From Dehalococcoidia bacterium (GTDB taxonomy: Bacteria > Chloroflexota > Dehalococcoidia > Bin125), in assembly GCA_963662615.2 (NCBI GenBank), contig CAXXSR010000001.1, forward strand, positions 544,001-608,000: a DNA stretch of 64,000 bases. Reading direction: 5' to 3'. Position numbers and translations under genes: made by a program. Position 1 is the first letter of the stretch. The number at the start of each line of letters is the position of its first letter. The notes beneath the pieces were generated by a model, which was not told where the DNA came from, searched no databases, and worked only from the letters and a program-made list of their open reading frames with translations. Of the stretch, positions 1 through 10,274 are shown in pieces.

Positions 1-27
1 CTGCCGGCGTCGCCCCGGCTGCCTATC

Positions 28-939
28 CTACCAGCGCACGCGCGTCCGCTGCCGCAAGACGATGGCGGCACTGTTCATGACCAGCAGCATAATCAGCAGC
101 AGCAGGATGCCCGCGGCGGCGACCTGCTGGAAATCCGCCTGCGGCCGCGAGATCCAGTTGAAGATCTGAATGGGCAGGACGGTGTACGGATCGAGTGGGT
201 CCTGCGGCAAGAAGGCGACGAAGGTCAGCGCGCCGACGATGATCAGCGGCGCCGTCTCGCCAATGGCGCGGGACATGGCCAGGATGTTGCCAGTCATCAT
301 CCCGCCGAGGGCATAGGGCAGGACGCTGTGCCGCACCATCTGCCAGCGCGTGGCGCCCAGGGCGTAGGCGCCTTCCCGCATGGACGGCGGCACCGCTCGC
401 AGCGACTCCTGCGCGCTCACGATGATGATGGGCATGACCAGCAGGGCCATCGTCAGTGCGGCCGCCAGGACGCTGCGCTCCAGCTCCATGGTCCGCACGA
501 ACAGCTGCAGCCCCAGCAGCCCGTAGACAATAGAAGGTACCCCCGCCAGGTTGCTGATGTTGATCTGGATGAACCGCAGGAACCAGTTCGGGCGGGCGTA
601 CTCCTCCAGATAGATCGCGGCCCCCACCCCCAGCGGAAAAGCGATCGCCGCCGTCAGCGCCATCATGTAGAGCGTGCCGATCACGCCGGCGTAGACGCCC
701 GCCCGCGCTGGGAAGCGGGAAGGGAAGTTCGTGAGGAAACCGACGTCCAGGATGGTGGGCAGGTTGAACAGCCGCGCCGCCCCGTCCAGCGCGACGTCGA
801 TGATCAGCGCGCCTAGCAGCAGCAGGCTTACGACTATAGCCAGCACGCAGGCGCCCACGAACAACCGGCCGATCCAGATGCGCAGGGCCACCTTGGGGCG
901 CCATTCCCCCTCCACCGACATGGGCGCCGCGTCGCTCAT
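28..939 (-). CDS. pstA: Phosphate ABC transporter permease PstA
   Basis: Multi-TM protein with [13 protein letters not shown], an EAA-type loop ([13 protein letters not shown]) and [10 protein letters not shown]; 4-nt overlap with pstC. Confidence 0.95.
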   Translation of the reverse strand: MSDAAPMSVEGEWRPKVALRIWIGRLFVGACVLAIVVSLLLLGALIIDVALDGAARLFNLPTILDVGFLTNFPSRFPARAGVYAGVIGTLYMMALTAAIAFPLGVGAAIYLEEYARPNWFLRFIQINISNLAGVPSIVYGLLGLQLFVRTMELERSVLAAALTMALLVMPIIIVSAQESLRAVPPSMREGAYALGATRWQMVRHSVLPYALGGMMTGNILAMSRAIGETAPLIIVGALTFVAFLPQDPLDPYTVLPIQIFNWISRPQADFQQVAAAGILLLLIMLLVMNSAAIVLRQRTRVRW

Positions 940-1922
940 TCGTACGCCTCCCGAAAGCGGCTGCGCACGTACTGCGCGGCGATGTTCATGACGAGCGTGA
1001 GCACGAAGAGGGTCATGGCCACGGCGAAGAGCGTCTTGAACTCCAGGCTGCCGGCGGGCGTGTCACCCAGACTGATCTGCACAATGAACGCCGTCATCGT
1101 TTGCACGGCCTCCAACGGGTTGAGCGTGAAGTGCGGATTCGCTCCCGCCGCAATGGTCACGATCATCGTCTCGCCAATCGCCCGCGAGGCAGCCAGGATC
1201 ACCGACGCGACCACCCCCGACAGCGCCGCCGGCAGGACCACCCGCAGGGCCGTCTCCATGCGCGTCGCGCCCAGGGCGTAGGCCCCTTCGCGCAGCGCGG
1301 CGGGCACGGCGGCGAAGGCATCCTCACTCAGCGACGAGATCATGGGGATGATCATGATCCCCATCACAATGCCGGCGCTGAGCGCGTTGAACACGCCCAC
1401 TTCGGGAAAGATCTCGCGGGTAATGGGGCTGACGAAGAGCAGCGCGAAGTAGCCGTAGACCACGGTGGGGATGCCGGCCAACACCTCCAGCGCCGGCTTC
1501 AGGACCGCGTGGAGTCGGGGCGGCGCGTACTCGCTCATGAAGATGGCGGCGAGCAGGCCCAGCGGGATCGCCACGCTCAAGGCGATCGCCGCCACCAGCA
1601 CGGTCCCCGCAACCAGCGCCCACACGCCGAAGCTCTGGTCCAGGAAGAGCGGCGCCCAGGTGGTGGAGCCGAAGAAGTCGCCGAAGGGGACCTCCTGGAA
1701 GAACTCAACCGTCTGGAAAATGAGCACCAGCACGATCCCGACGGTGACGAAGGCGGAGAGGGCGGCGGAGAGAAACAGCGCCAGGTGGATGACGCGACCG
1801 CTGCGCGTCTCCCGGCCGGTCCCGCCACGGCTCGGATTCAGGTAGTCCCGCCAGAGGCGGCGAAGGCGCTGCCTGGCGCGCCCACGGGGTCTCGGCCCCA
1901 ACGGCCGCGCTCCCGCGGTCAC
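936..1922 (-). CDS. pstC: Phosphate ABC transporter permease PstC
   Basis: [24 protein letters not shown] and [11 protein letters not shown] motifs; lies between pstS and pstA; start codon uncertain. Confidence 0.95.
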   Translation of the reverse strand: MTAGARPLGPRPRGRARQRLRRLWRDYLNPSRGGTGRETRSGRVIHLALFLSAALSAFVTVGIVLVLIFQTVEFFQEVPFGDFFGSTTWAPLFLDQSFGVWALVAGTVLVAAIALSVAIPLGLLAAIFMSEYAPPRLHAVLKPALEVLAGIPTVVYGYFALLFVSPITREIFPEVGVFNALSAGIVMGIMIIPMISSLSEDAFAAVPAALREGAYALGATRMETALRVVLPAALSGVVASVILAASRAIGETMIVTIAAGANPHFTLNPLEAVQTMTAFIVQISLGDTPAGSLEFKTLFAVAMTLFVLTLVMNIAAQYVRSRFREAYE

Positions 1923-2093
1923 CGCCCCACCCCGGGCGTCGCGCGACGCCCCTGCGAGGGAGAGAACGACCTGCTCACACCGCCGAACTTAAGCAGCACG
2001 GTGGCGGCCATGGTCAACGGCCGGTTAGCGTTCGCGGGCGCCGCCCCTTGGCAGGCCCAACGGCGCTGGCACCGCCGCGCCGCGGCCTGGGCG

Positions 2094-3122
2094 TCATCCG
2101 CCACCGTACAACGCCACCAGGTCCGCGCCCGGCTCTACCTCTTGCAACAAGGAGCCGGTGACCGCGCCGCGGGCGCGCTCCAGCCCCAGCGCGTACAGCT
2201 CTTCCGGCAACTGCACGTAGCCGATCTCCGGGTCGTCTACCAGCGTGCGCCCCAGCGTCAGCAGGAAGGCGATGAACTCTTGCACGACCGGCTCCGCCAG
2301 CGAGGCCGGCCGCACGTAGATCAGCAGCGGCCGGGACAGCGGCGAGTAGCTGCCGTCGTTGATCGTCTCCGCCGACGGCAGCACCGGCCCCGCGCCGCCG
2401 TCGATGGGGACGGCGCGCAGGATCTCCTTATTGTTTTCGAAGAACGAGATGCCGAAATAGCCCAGCCCAAAGCGCTCGCCGGACACGCCGAGCACCAGCA
2501 GGTTGTCGTCCTCGCTGGCCGTGAAGTCCGTCCGGATCGCGCCGACCGCCCCGTTCACCGTCTCCGTGAAGTAGTCGAAGGTGCCGGAGTCGACCCCCGG
2601 CCCGAACAGCTCCATCGCCTCGTCCGGCCAGACGGGCCGGACGTCGGACCAGCGCTCGGCGGGGTCGTTGGGGCGCCAAATCCGGTTCAGTTCCTCCAAG
2701 GTGAGGAGATCCACGAACTGGTTGTCGGGATTGACGACGATCGTGAGCCCGTCGAAGGCGATGGGGATCTCCACGAACTCCACCCCTTCCTCGGCGCACA
2801 GCTCGATCTCCGATGGTTTGATCGGCCGGGAAGCGTTGCTGATGTCGGTCTCGCCGTTGCAAAAGCGTTTGAAGCCGCCCCCGGTGCCGGAGACGCCCAC
2901 CGTCACCCGCGCGCCGCGGTGCTCCAGGCTGAACTCCTCCGCCACCGCCTCCATGATCGGAAAGACCGTGCTGGATCCGTCGATCTCGACAGTGCCGGAG
3001 AGGCCGCTGGTGTCCTGGCAGGCGGCGAGGGCCATGGCGCCGGCCAGCGCCGCGACCGCGAGAACGAGAGCGAGAGCGAGGCGCCGGTTGCGCACGCGGT
3101 CGGGGAGAGCGGCAGTGAGCAC
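2094..3122 (-). CDS. pstS: Phosphate ABC transporter substrate-binding lipoprotein PstS
   Basis: Lipobox LAAC; DGSSTVFP, SGTGGGF, DSGTFDYF and YSPLSRPL motifs. Confidence 0.95.
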   Translation of the reverse strand: MLTAALPDRVRNRRLALALVLAVAALAGAMALAACQDTSGLSGTVEIDGSSTVFPIMEAVAEEFSLEHRGARVTVGVSGTGGGFKRFCNGETDISNASRPIKPSEIELCAEEGVEFVEIPIAFDGLTIVVNPDNQFVDLLTLEELNRIWRPNDPAERWSDVRPVWPDEAMELFGPGVDSGTFDYFTETVNGAVGAIRTDFTASEDDNLLVLGVSGERFGLGYFGISFFENNKEILRAVPIDGGAGPVLPSAETINDGSYSPLSRPLLIYVRPASLAEPVVQEFIAFLLTLGRTLVDDPEIGYVQLPEELYALGLERARGAVTGSLLQEVEPGADLVALYGGG

Positions 3123-3189
3123 GTCCCGCCTCCAGCAACGCTTGCTGCGCGCGATTCGAATGGGAGCGTAGAGGCGCCCGCCGCGGATC

Positions 3190-3208
3190 CGGTTAAGAGA
3201 CGATTAAA
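3190..3208 (-). promoter_or_regulatory. Putative Pho box upstream of pstS
   Basis: Minus strand reads TTTAATCG-TCT-CTTAACCG: two YTTAAYC repeats with an 11-nt period, AT-rich in a GC-rich background, about 70 nt upstream of pstS; resembles the cyanobacterial-type Pho box. Confidence 0.6.
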
Positions 3209-4646
3209 ATCTTGACTCCGCCACGTCGGCGGAGGACGGCCGCTGCCGCGGCAGCGAAAAGCCGAACGTGGAGCCGGCGCCCAGCTCGCTCTCCACCATG
3301 ACGGAGCCGCCGTGAGCTTCCGCGATGTGGCGGACGAGCGCGAGCCCCAGGCCCGTGCCGCCCGCCCGCTGTCGCGCCCGGTCCGCCCGATAGAAGCGTT
3401 GGAAGATGCGCGCTTGATCCTCGACCGACAGGCCAATGCCCGTATCGCGGACCTGCAGCCAGATGACCTCGTCCGCGGCTCGGAGGGAGAGCGTCACTTC
3501 GCCGGGCGCGGGCGTGAATTTAATGGCGTTCTGGAGCAGGTTGACGAGTGCCCGCTGGGCCAGGTCCGGGTCCGCGTTCACCGTCATGTCCTCTGCGGGC
3601 CTGTCCTCGGCAGGAGAATGCTCGGCGGGCTCGCTCACGCTGAGGGTCAGCCCGGCCCGCTCCGCTTGGGGGCGCAACCGCCCGACTGCTTCCTGGACGG
3701 CCGCGCGCAGGTCCAGCCGGCGCGGCTGCGGCTGCGCCAGCCCTGACTCCAGCCGCGCCAGCTCCAGCATCTCTTCCACCAGCGCCGCCATCCGATCCGA
3801 TTCCGTCCCAATAATCGCGTGAAAGCGTTTGGCGTCCGCGGCGGCCACGCCCTGCTCTAGCGTCTCGACGGCCGCGGAGATGGCGGCCAGCGGCGTGCGC
3901 AGTTCATGCGAGACGTTGGCCACGAACTCGCGTCGCGCCGCTTCCGCCGCATGCATGGCGGTGACGTCGTGCATGACCAGCACGGCGGCCCAGAGCCCGC
4001 CGCCGCTGACCGGCTTCGCCGTTGCCTGAAACTGGCGGCCGTCGCGGCGGACTGGCTGCGGCGGCGCCTCTTGGCCCCGCAGCGCCTGCGAAACCAGTTC
4101 GTAGACCTCGTGATCAAAGAGCACGGAGAGGAGCGGCTGGCCCACGGCGCTCTTGGGCGCGGCGGTGAGGGCGGTGGTGGCGGCGCGATTGGCATAGACG
4201 ACGCGGCCCTCGCGATCGACGGCGACCACCACGTCCGCGGAGGCGGCCAGGGTTTGCTCTAGCCGCTCCCGTTCCGCCGCTGCCGCCGCCAGCTGCTGCC
4301 GGAGCGTGCCGGCCAGATCGTTGAAGGCGGCGCCCAGATCGCGGACCTCCTGGGGATCGCTCAGGCACAGCGGTGCCGTCCCCTCGCCCCGCACCAGTGC
4401 CGTCGCCGCCGTTCGCAGCCGCCGGAACGGCCGCACCGTGACGTGCGCCACCACGGCTCCCGTCGCCAGGACCAGCGCGGCCGCCACCAAGAGCGCCACC
4501 ACGATGCCGACGGTGGCGCGCCCCTCGTCCCCGTCCCGGGCGGCGTCGCGGATGAACGGCACCAGGATCCCGCCCAGCCCCGCCAGGAGCGCTGAACCGA
4601 TCAGCGCGGTCATCAGGAGGATGCGGCTGCGCGGTCCACGAGCCAC
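3204..4646 (-). CDS. phoR: Sensor histidine kinase, PhoR-like (2 TM, HAMP, PAS, HisKA, HATPase)
   Basis: FVANVSHELRTPL H-box, NLLQNAIKF N-box, DTGIG, and GGTGLGL; adjacent to pst genes. Confidence 0.9.
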   Translation of the reverse strand: MARGPRSRILLMTALIGSALLAGLGGILVPFIRDAARDGDEGRATVGIVVALLVAAALVLATGAVVAHVTVRPFRRLRTAATALVRGEGTAPLCLSDPQEVRDLGAAFNDLAGTLRQQLAAAAAERERLEQTLAASADVVVAVDREGRVVYANRAATTALTAAPKSAVGQPLLSVLFDHEVYELVSQALRGQEAPPQPVRRDGRQFQATAKPVSGGGLWAAVLVMHDVTAMHAAEAARREFVANVSHELRTPLAAISAAVETLEQGVAAADAKRFHAIIGTESDRMAALVEEMLELARLESGLAQPQPRRLDLRAAVQEAVGRLRPQAERAGLTLSVSEPAEHSPAEDRPAEDMTVNADPDLAQRALVNLLQNAIKFTPAPGEVTLSLRAADEVIWLQVRDTGIGLSVEDQARIFQRFYRADRARQRAGGTGLGLALVRHIAEAHGGSVMVESELGAGSTFGFSLPRQRPSSADVAESRF

Positions 4647-4648
4647 GA

Positions 4649-5332
4649 TTACATCTCGAAACGGTAGCCGGCCCCGCGCACGGTGATCAGGTGACGGGGC
4701 CGGGCAGGGTCTTGCTCAATCTTCTGACGCAGCCAGCGGACATGGACGTCCACCGTGCGGGTGCCGCCGGCGAAGCTGATGCCCCAGACGTCGTTGAGCA
4801 GTTGATCGCGTGTGAAGGTCTGACCGGGATGGCGGCTGAGATAGGCGAGCAGTTCGTACTCCTTCGGCCGCAAGGGCACGACCGCTTCCCCGCGGCGCAG
4901 TTGGCGGCGGGCCCGGTCCAGCGTGAAGGCGCCGAAGTGGATCGCCGCCGGCTCTACGGCCTCGACCGCGCTTGCACGCCGCCGCAGGTGCGCGCGCACC
5001 CGCGCCAGCAGCTCCACGACGGAAAATGGCTTGGTGACATAGTCATCCGCGCCCAAGTCCAGCCCCTGCACTCGGTCGGACTGGGCCGTGCGCGCGGTGA
5101 GCAGGAGAACGGGCACATCAGACTCTCGGCGCAGGCGCCGCAACATCTCCGTCCCACTCAGGACGGGCAGCATCACGTCCAGCAGGATCAGGTCGGGTTG
5201 GACGCTGCGGGCCAGCGAGAGCCCGGCCGCACCGTCGGCGGCCGTATGAACGTCGTAGCCTTCGCGCTCAAGGTTGAAACGGAGGGTTTCCGTGAGACTC
5301 GCCTCATCCTCAACCACTAAGACGCTTGTCAC
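4649..5332 (-). CDS. phoB: OmpR/PhoB-family response regulator
   Basis: VVEDE, LLDVMLP, GADDYVTKPF, RTVDVHVRWLRQKIE and TVRGAGY motifs. Confidence 0.9.
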   Translation of the reverse strand: MTSVLVVEDEASLTETLRFNLEREGYDVHTAADGAAGLSLARSVQPDLILLDVMLPVLSGTEMLRRLRRESDVPVLLLTARTAQSDRVQGLDLGADDYVTKPFSVVELLARVRAHLRRRASAVEAVEPAAIHFGAFTLDRARRQLRRGEAVVPLRPKEYELLAYLSRHPGQTFTRDQLLNDVWGISFAGGTRTVDVHVRWLRQKIEQDPARPRHLITVRGAGYRFEM

Positions 5333-5428
5333 CGATGCCGCCTCCCGCCGGGCCCTGCCTTGTCGCTATTGTTCGTGTCCCCCTCGTGGCGCGCAAGCGC
5401 TGGGACCCGGGACGGGAAGGGTGGGACC

Positions 5429-5860
5429 ATGACGGCGGCCCGCGTAACCGGATCAGGCGCCACCAGCGAACCCGCGCCGCCAGCGCGTGGCATCCTTGTG
5501 GTGGACGACATGGAGCCGCTGCGCCGGGCCTGCGCCGTCGTGCTGGAGCGGGCGGGCTACCGCGTGCAGGAAGCGGGCAGCGGTGCGGAGGCGCTGGCGC
5601 TCCTGCGAGAGAGGGCGGACGCCGCCGCCGACGTGATGGTGCTGGACTTGACGCTGCCCGACCTCTCCGGCCGCGACACCTACGCTGCAGTGCGCGACTT
5701 GCCCCAGCCGCCCCAGGTCGTCTTCGTCAGCGGCTACGACGAAACCGCCCTCAGCGGCCTGAGGCCCGCGCCGGACTGGACCTTCCTGCAGAAGCCGTTC
5801 ACGGCGGCCGAACTCCTCGCGGCGATCCGGGAGATGGAGCTGCGGCCCCGCTGCGCCTAG
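5429..5860 (+). CDS. Stand-alone response regulator receiver protein
   Basis: ILVVDD, VLDL (phospho-Asp), VSGY and QKPF; ATG at 5429 preferred over the ORF-track start. Confidence 0.8.
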   Translation: MTAARVTGSGATSEPAPPARGILVVDDMEPLRRACAVVLERAGYRVQEAGSGAEALALLRERADAAADVMVLDLTLPDLSGRDTYAAVRDLPQPPQVVFVSGYDETALSGLRPAPDWTFLQKPFTAAELLAAIREMELRPRCA

Positions 5861-8239
5861 CCGCCCGCCGGCGTGGGAGCCGGCCCCGGCTCCGACTCCA
5901 GCTCGCGCTCCTCCCGATCGCGCTCGGGGGAATCCTTGGGGCCGCCGGGCAGCCATTCGAGCCACCAGGGCAAATACCACAGGCGATCGTGGGCGAGCCG
6001 CATCATCGCCGGCAGCACCACGATGAGGATGATCGTCGCGTCCAAGAGGACGGTCAGCGCCAGCGCGAAGCCGAACTGCTGCAGCGCGATGCTGCGCGTG
6101 AAGGCGAAGACGGTCGCCACGGCCACCATGATCGCGGCGGCGCTGAAGACGATCCCAAACCCGTCGCGCACACCCATCAGGATCGCGTCCTCCGTGCTGT
6201 AGCCGCGCCGGTACAGCTCCTGCACGCGCCCCATGGCGAAGGTGAGATAGTCCATGGAGATCCCGAACGTGATCGCGAAGACCAACAGGGGCAGCCACGA
6301 CTCAATGATGCCGGTGGCCTCGAAATCCAAGATCCCCTCCAGCAGCCAGCCTTCCTGAAACACCTGCACCAGGATGCCGTAGGCCGCTCCCACCGCCAGC
6401 AGGTTCAGGACCACGGCGATGGCCGGGAGGATCAGCGAGCGGTACATCACCACCAGGATGATGTAGGCCGTGATGATCACGAAGGCGATGACGAGGGACG
6501 TCTTGGCGTTGATGTTGTCGCGGAAGTCAATCTGGCCGGCGGTCACGCCGCCGGTCAGCGCCGCCACGTCGCTGTCGCCGAAGGCGGCGGGCACCAGCTC
6601 ATCGCGGAGGAGGTTGACGGCGTCAATGGCCTCTTGGTCGCCAGTGTCGGCGTTGATGGGGATCTCGATGATCTCCGTATCGCCGGCCCGGTTGATCTCG
6701 GTGCCGATCGGCTGAGCGAAGGGCACGTGCTCCCCGGCGGCCTCGGCCCGGTCGATCTCGCGGCCGACGGCGTCGGTCAGCGCCGTCACCCCCGCCTGCA
6801 CGTCGGCGGCGAAGATGTTCTTGCCTCTGCCCGGGTCCACGATCACCTCGGCCGGCGCGAGGATGCCGATGGTGAAGTCCTCTTCCAGCGCCTCGATCGC
6901 CGCCTTCGACTCCAAGTCGTCGCTAAACGAGGTGACGCCGTTGAAGCCCAGGTTGAAGTTGAGGATGGGATAGGCGAACACCAGCAGGACGGCGATTCCC
7001 AGAGCCCCGGAGATCCACCAGCCGCGGCCCGTGCAGGAGCGCTTCACCAGGAAGCCGGCGGCCGCATTGAGGACGCCCGTCTGGGCGACGTTGTGGCGGC
7101 GCAGACCGGGGATGCTCCACTTGCTCAGCCCGTCGCCCAGGATCGCCGGCATCAGCGTCTGCGCCACCACCAGCGCCACGGCGATGGCGACCACCGCGGC
7201 AATCGCCAGACTGGTGAAGACGGGATCGCCCACCAAGAACATCCCCAAGATGGCCAGCATCGTCGTCGTGCCCGCGATCAGCACGCCCTTGCCCGCGGTC
7301 GTGCCGGCGATGGCCGCCGCGACCGCTTCGTCGCGCCCCCGCCCCCGCTCGTAGCGGAAGCGGGTGAAGAGGAAGAGGGCGTAGTCAATGCCGGCCGCCA
7401 GCCCCATTAACAGCACCACTTGGAGCCAGACGCTGAGCATGGGGGTGAATTGGCTGATGATCGTGACCACGCCGGCCGCCATCGCCACGCCGAGATAGGC
7501 GAGGGCGATGGGCACGCCCGCCGCCACGATCGCGCCCAGCGCAAGGACCATGATGATGATGGTCAGCGGCAGGTTGACCAGTGAAGCGAAGCTGAAGTCT
7601 TCGTCACTGAGTTTTTCGTCGTCGTCGATTAATAGGAACCCACCCCCGATCAGGATCTGGAATCCGTTTGAGCGGGACGCATGTTCCTCCACCAAGTCGC
7701 GGATGGTGTCCAGCTCTTCGTCAACGTCGTCGAACTCCGCCGTGGCGTAGACGGCGCTGGCGAAGGTGACGTCGCCACCTCCATCACCGCTGCCGGCGCT
7801 GACCAGCGGCGACTGATCGCGCGGCTCGCCGATGTCGTAGTGGCTCTCGGTGGCGGCGAACACGCGCGTGCTGGATGCCACCTCCGTACCGGTCACCGAC
7901 TCGGTGTTGAGGGCGCGCAGCGCGCGCAGCTCCCCCAGCAGCCCCTCCACCGTGGCCCGATACTCCCGGTCGTCGACGGTCAGGGTGGGGTGTTCGAAGA
8001 CGATCGTCTCCGAAACGCTGTCGCCGGCCTCGCCGAAGCGCTCCTCCCGTAGATTGAAGACGTCGGCCGACTCGCCCGTCCCCTCGCTGTCCAGCTCGTC
8101 GTCGCTGGCTGAAGCAGGCGCCCACGGTGAAGACGGCGATGAACAGCCACGCCACCAGCACCAGGCGGCGGTGGCGGCGGCTCCAGCCCGCGATGCGGCC
8201 GGTAAAGAAAGGGGGCGGGTCCCGCGCGATTTCCGCCAT
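5857..8239 (-). pseudogene. MMPL/RND-family transporter, frameshifted near 8105-8110
   Basis: GLAAGIDYALF and FGISMDY repeats of MMPL. The N-terminal TM (MAEIARD...LVAWLFIAVFTVGACFS) is in another frame; removing one CAGC from TTCAGCCAGCGAC joins the frames. Confidence 0.8.
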
Positions 8240-8284
8240 GGCGCCGTTTCTTCTTCCCATCCGGGCGCGGCCGCCCCCGCCCCC

Positions 8285-9643
8285 CTACTCTTCGAAGAAG
8301 GCGATGGTCCCGTTCTCTACGAAGCAGGGCACCAGCCCCAGATCGCGCGCCACATGCTCCAGACCCTCGACCTCCCCGATCAAACGCCGATCGCCGGAGG
8401 AGTCGAAGGCGACGTTGCCGGAGAGGCCGCCCGACAACAGCGAGGCAGCCACCACGCCCCGCAGCAACGTCGGATCGACGCGCAGCGAGCCGTCCGCTTG
8501 GGACTGCGCCACTGCCGCCACGGCGTCCAGGAGGATGGTGGCCGCGTCCGCGTAGTGCGCCACGAACGCGGCCGTGGGCCGGCCGTCATCGTCGTCGGGG
8601 TCGCTGTCGTCATGTACCGCCTCGAAGGCGTCCACGAACGTCGCCGGCAGCGGCGGCGAACAGCCGGAAAACGCCGCGCCCTCCGCCAGGGCGCCCAGGC
8701 TGACCAGGAAGTCACAGCCGGGCCCGCCGCAGACGTCGTCGCCGGTGGCGTAGGAGCCGCCCCAGCCGGCGTCGCGGAGTTGCCGCAGCAGCAGGCCCGC
8801 CTCCGGGTTGCGGCCCGCGAAGATGACGACGTCCGGATCGGCCCGCGCGATCTCTGCCGCCAGGTCGCTAAAGTCCACCGCCCCCGGCTCAATGCTGGCG
8901 CGTGTGACACGTACCCGCGCCTCCCCGCCGGACAGCTCCTCCACCGACAGCAGCTCGCGCTCAATGTCATCCGCCAGACCGCGGCCGTAGGGCTCACTGT
9001 CATCCACGATGTAGGCATCGTCCGCCTCTAAGAAGTCGGGGTCCGACACGTACACGCGGAAGAGGATGCCTTGGGTGTCGTTGCGATAGGCCGTCCGGAA
9101 GAAGAAGTGGCCAGCGGGCTGCTCGTCGGCGAGTTCGCTGAGGGTGGCCGAGCCCGAGATCGCGACGATGCCGGCGTCGGCGTAGATGGGGAGCACGGCC
9201 AGCGCTCTGCCGCTGCATTGCGGGCCGATCACGCCCACCAGCCCCGGCCGTTACGCGTGCCGTTGCGCGGCCAGCGCCGTCACGTCCGCCTCCGTGCAGC
9301 CGTCGTCCTCGGCCACCACGCTGATGGCGTGCCCGCCGATCTGCTCCCCGTTGGCCTCCATCCACAGCTGCACCGCCACGACGACCGCGTCGCGGTACTC
9401 CAGGCCGAGGCTGGCGATGGGGCCCGTCAGCGCTGAGGAGACGCCGATCACGATCGGCTCACCCGCCGCAATGACAAGGGGGATGTCGGGGCCGCGTTGG
9501 ATGTCGGTGAGACCCGTGTTCGGGTCCTCTGCATCCTCGCCGGCGATGGCGGTCAGCACGAGGAAGACCACGATCAGCGCGCCGACCACGATGCCAACAG
9601 ACTTGCGCCGCCTCAGCAGGAAGCGGACCGGATTGGCAGCCAT
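8285..9643 (-). pseudogene. Branched-chain amino acid (LivJ/K-type) ABC substrate-binding protein with an in-frame TAA at 9251-9253
   Basis: ORFs 9251..9643 and 8285..9238 are in the same frame: ...EDDGCTEA...AQRHA*RPGLVGVIGPQCS...; ALTGP and FFFRT motifs. Confidence 0.8.
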
Positions 9644-9738
9644 AAGATGTACCGCCCTTGGCCTACCCGCCGGAGCCTAGCAATTCGGTGACACCGTGGC
9701 AACGAAGTGGAGGCCGGTCGCTCCCCCGGCCTGAGGTC

Positions 9739-9999
9739 CTACGTGCGGCCTGCCTCCTCGCCTGGCGGGGGGGAGGGCTGCAGCGGCCGTCGCGAAGCCC
9801 ACACGATCTCCCATAGCTGCGGCTCCGGTTGAGGCTCCGCTGGCACGCTGTCGCGCGAGGGGAGCCCCTCCATGCAGGCGGCAATGAAATCCGGGAAGTC
9901 CAGCGGGCGGCCACTCAGCAAGAAGCGGTCCGCCTCAGCGACGTTCACCTGAGTGACGTCGTCCGGTTCTGGGGTCGGATCCGGCTCCGTTGACGGCAT
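9739..9999 (-). CDS. Hypothetical protein (86 aa)
   Basis: ATG-started ORF filling an intergenic gap; no recognisable motif. Confidence 0.35.
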   Translation of the reverse strand: MPSTEPDPTPEPDDVTQVNVAEADRFLLSGRPLDFPDFIAACMEGLPSRDSVPAEPQPEPQLWEIVWASRRPLQPSPPPGEEAGRT

Positions 10000-10274
10000 G
10001 GCGCTCTCAAGCGAACGTCTTGCTGCAGGGCTCTGCGACGGCGGGGTTCAGCATCCTCCCGGGGCATGCGTCGGTCCAGCGCCGCCCGCCCCGAAGCTGC
10101 GAGACCGGATCCCGCCCCGCATCCACCCCGCCCTCGTCATGGGCCCGCATGGTGGCGACGCCCGCGCGGGGCACGGTAGACTGAAACGACCGGCCGGCCC
10201 TGGATGGGGCGGACTACCGACCTGCTACGACGACGCCGCCGCGAGGCTTTCTTGCCGACCGCCGGAGGTGCTTG

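Noticed and set aside
1-27. Absence of pstB/phoU
   Set aside because: The operon runs toward the window edge, so these genes may lie just outside it
9251-9253. In-frame stop in the ABC binding protein as a possible recoding site
   Set aside because: It is TAA, not TGA or TAG; it is not at a Cys-like position and has no SECIS-like hairpin; treated as a nonsense mutation or sequencing error
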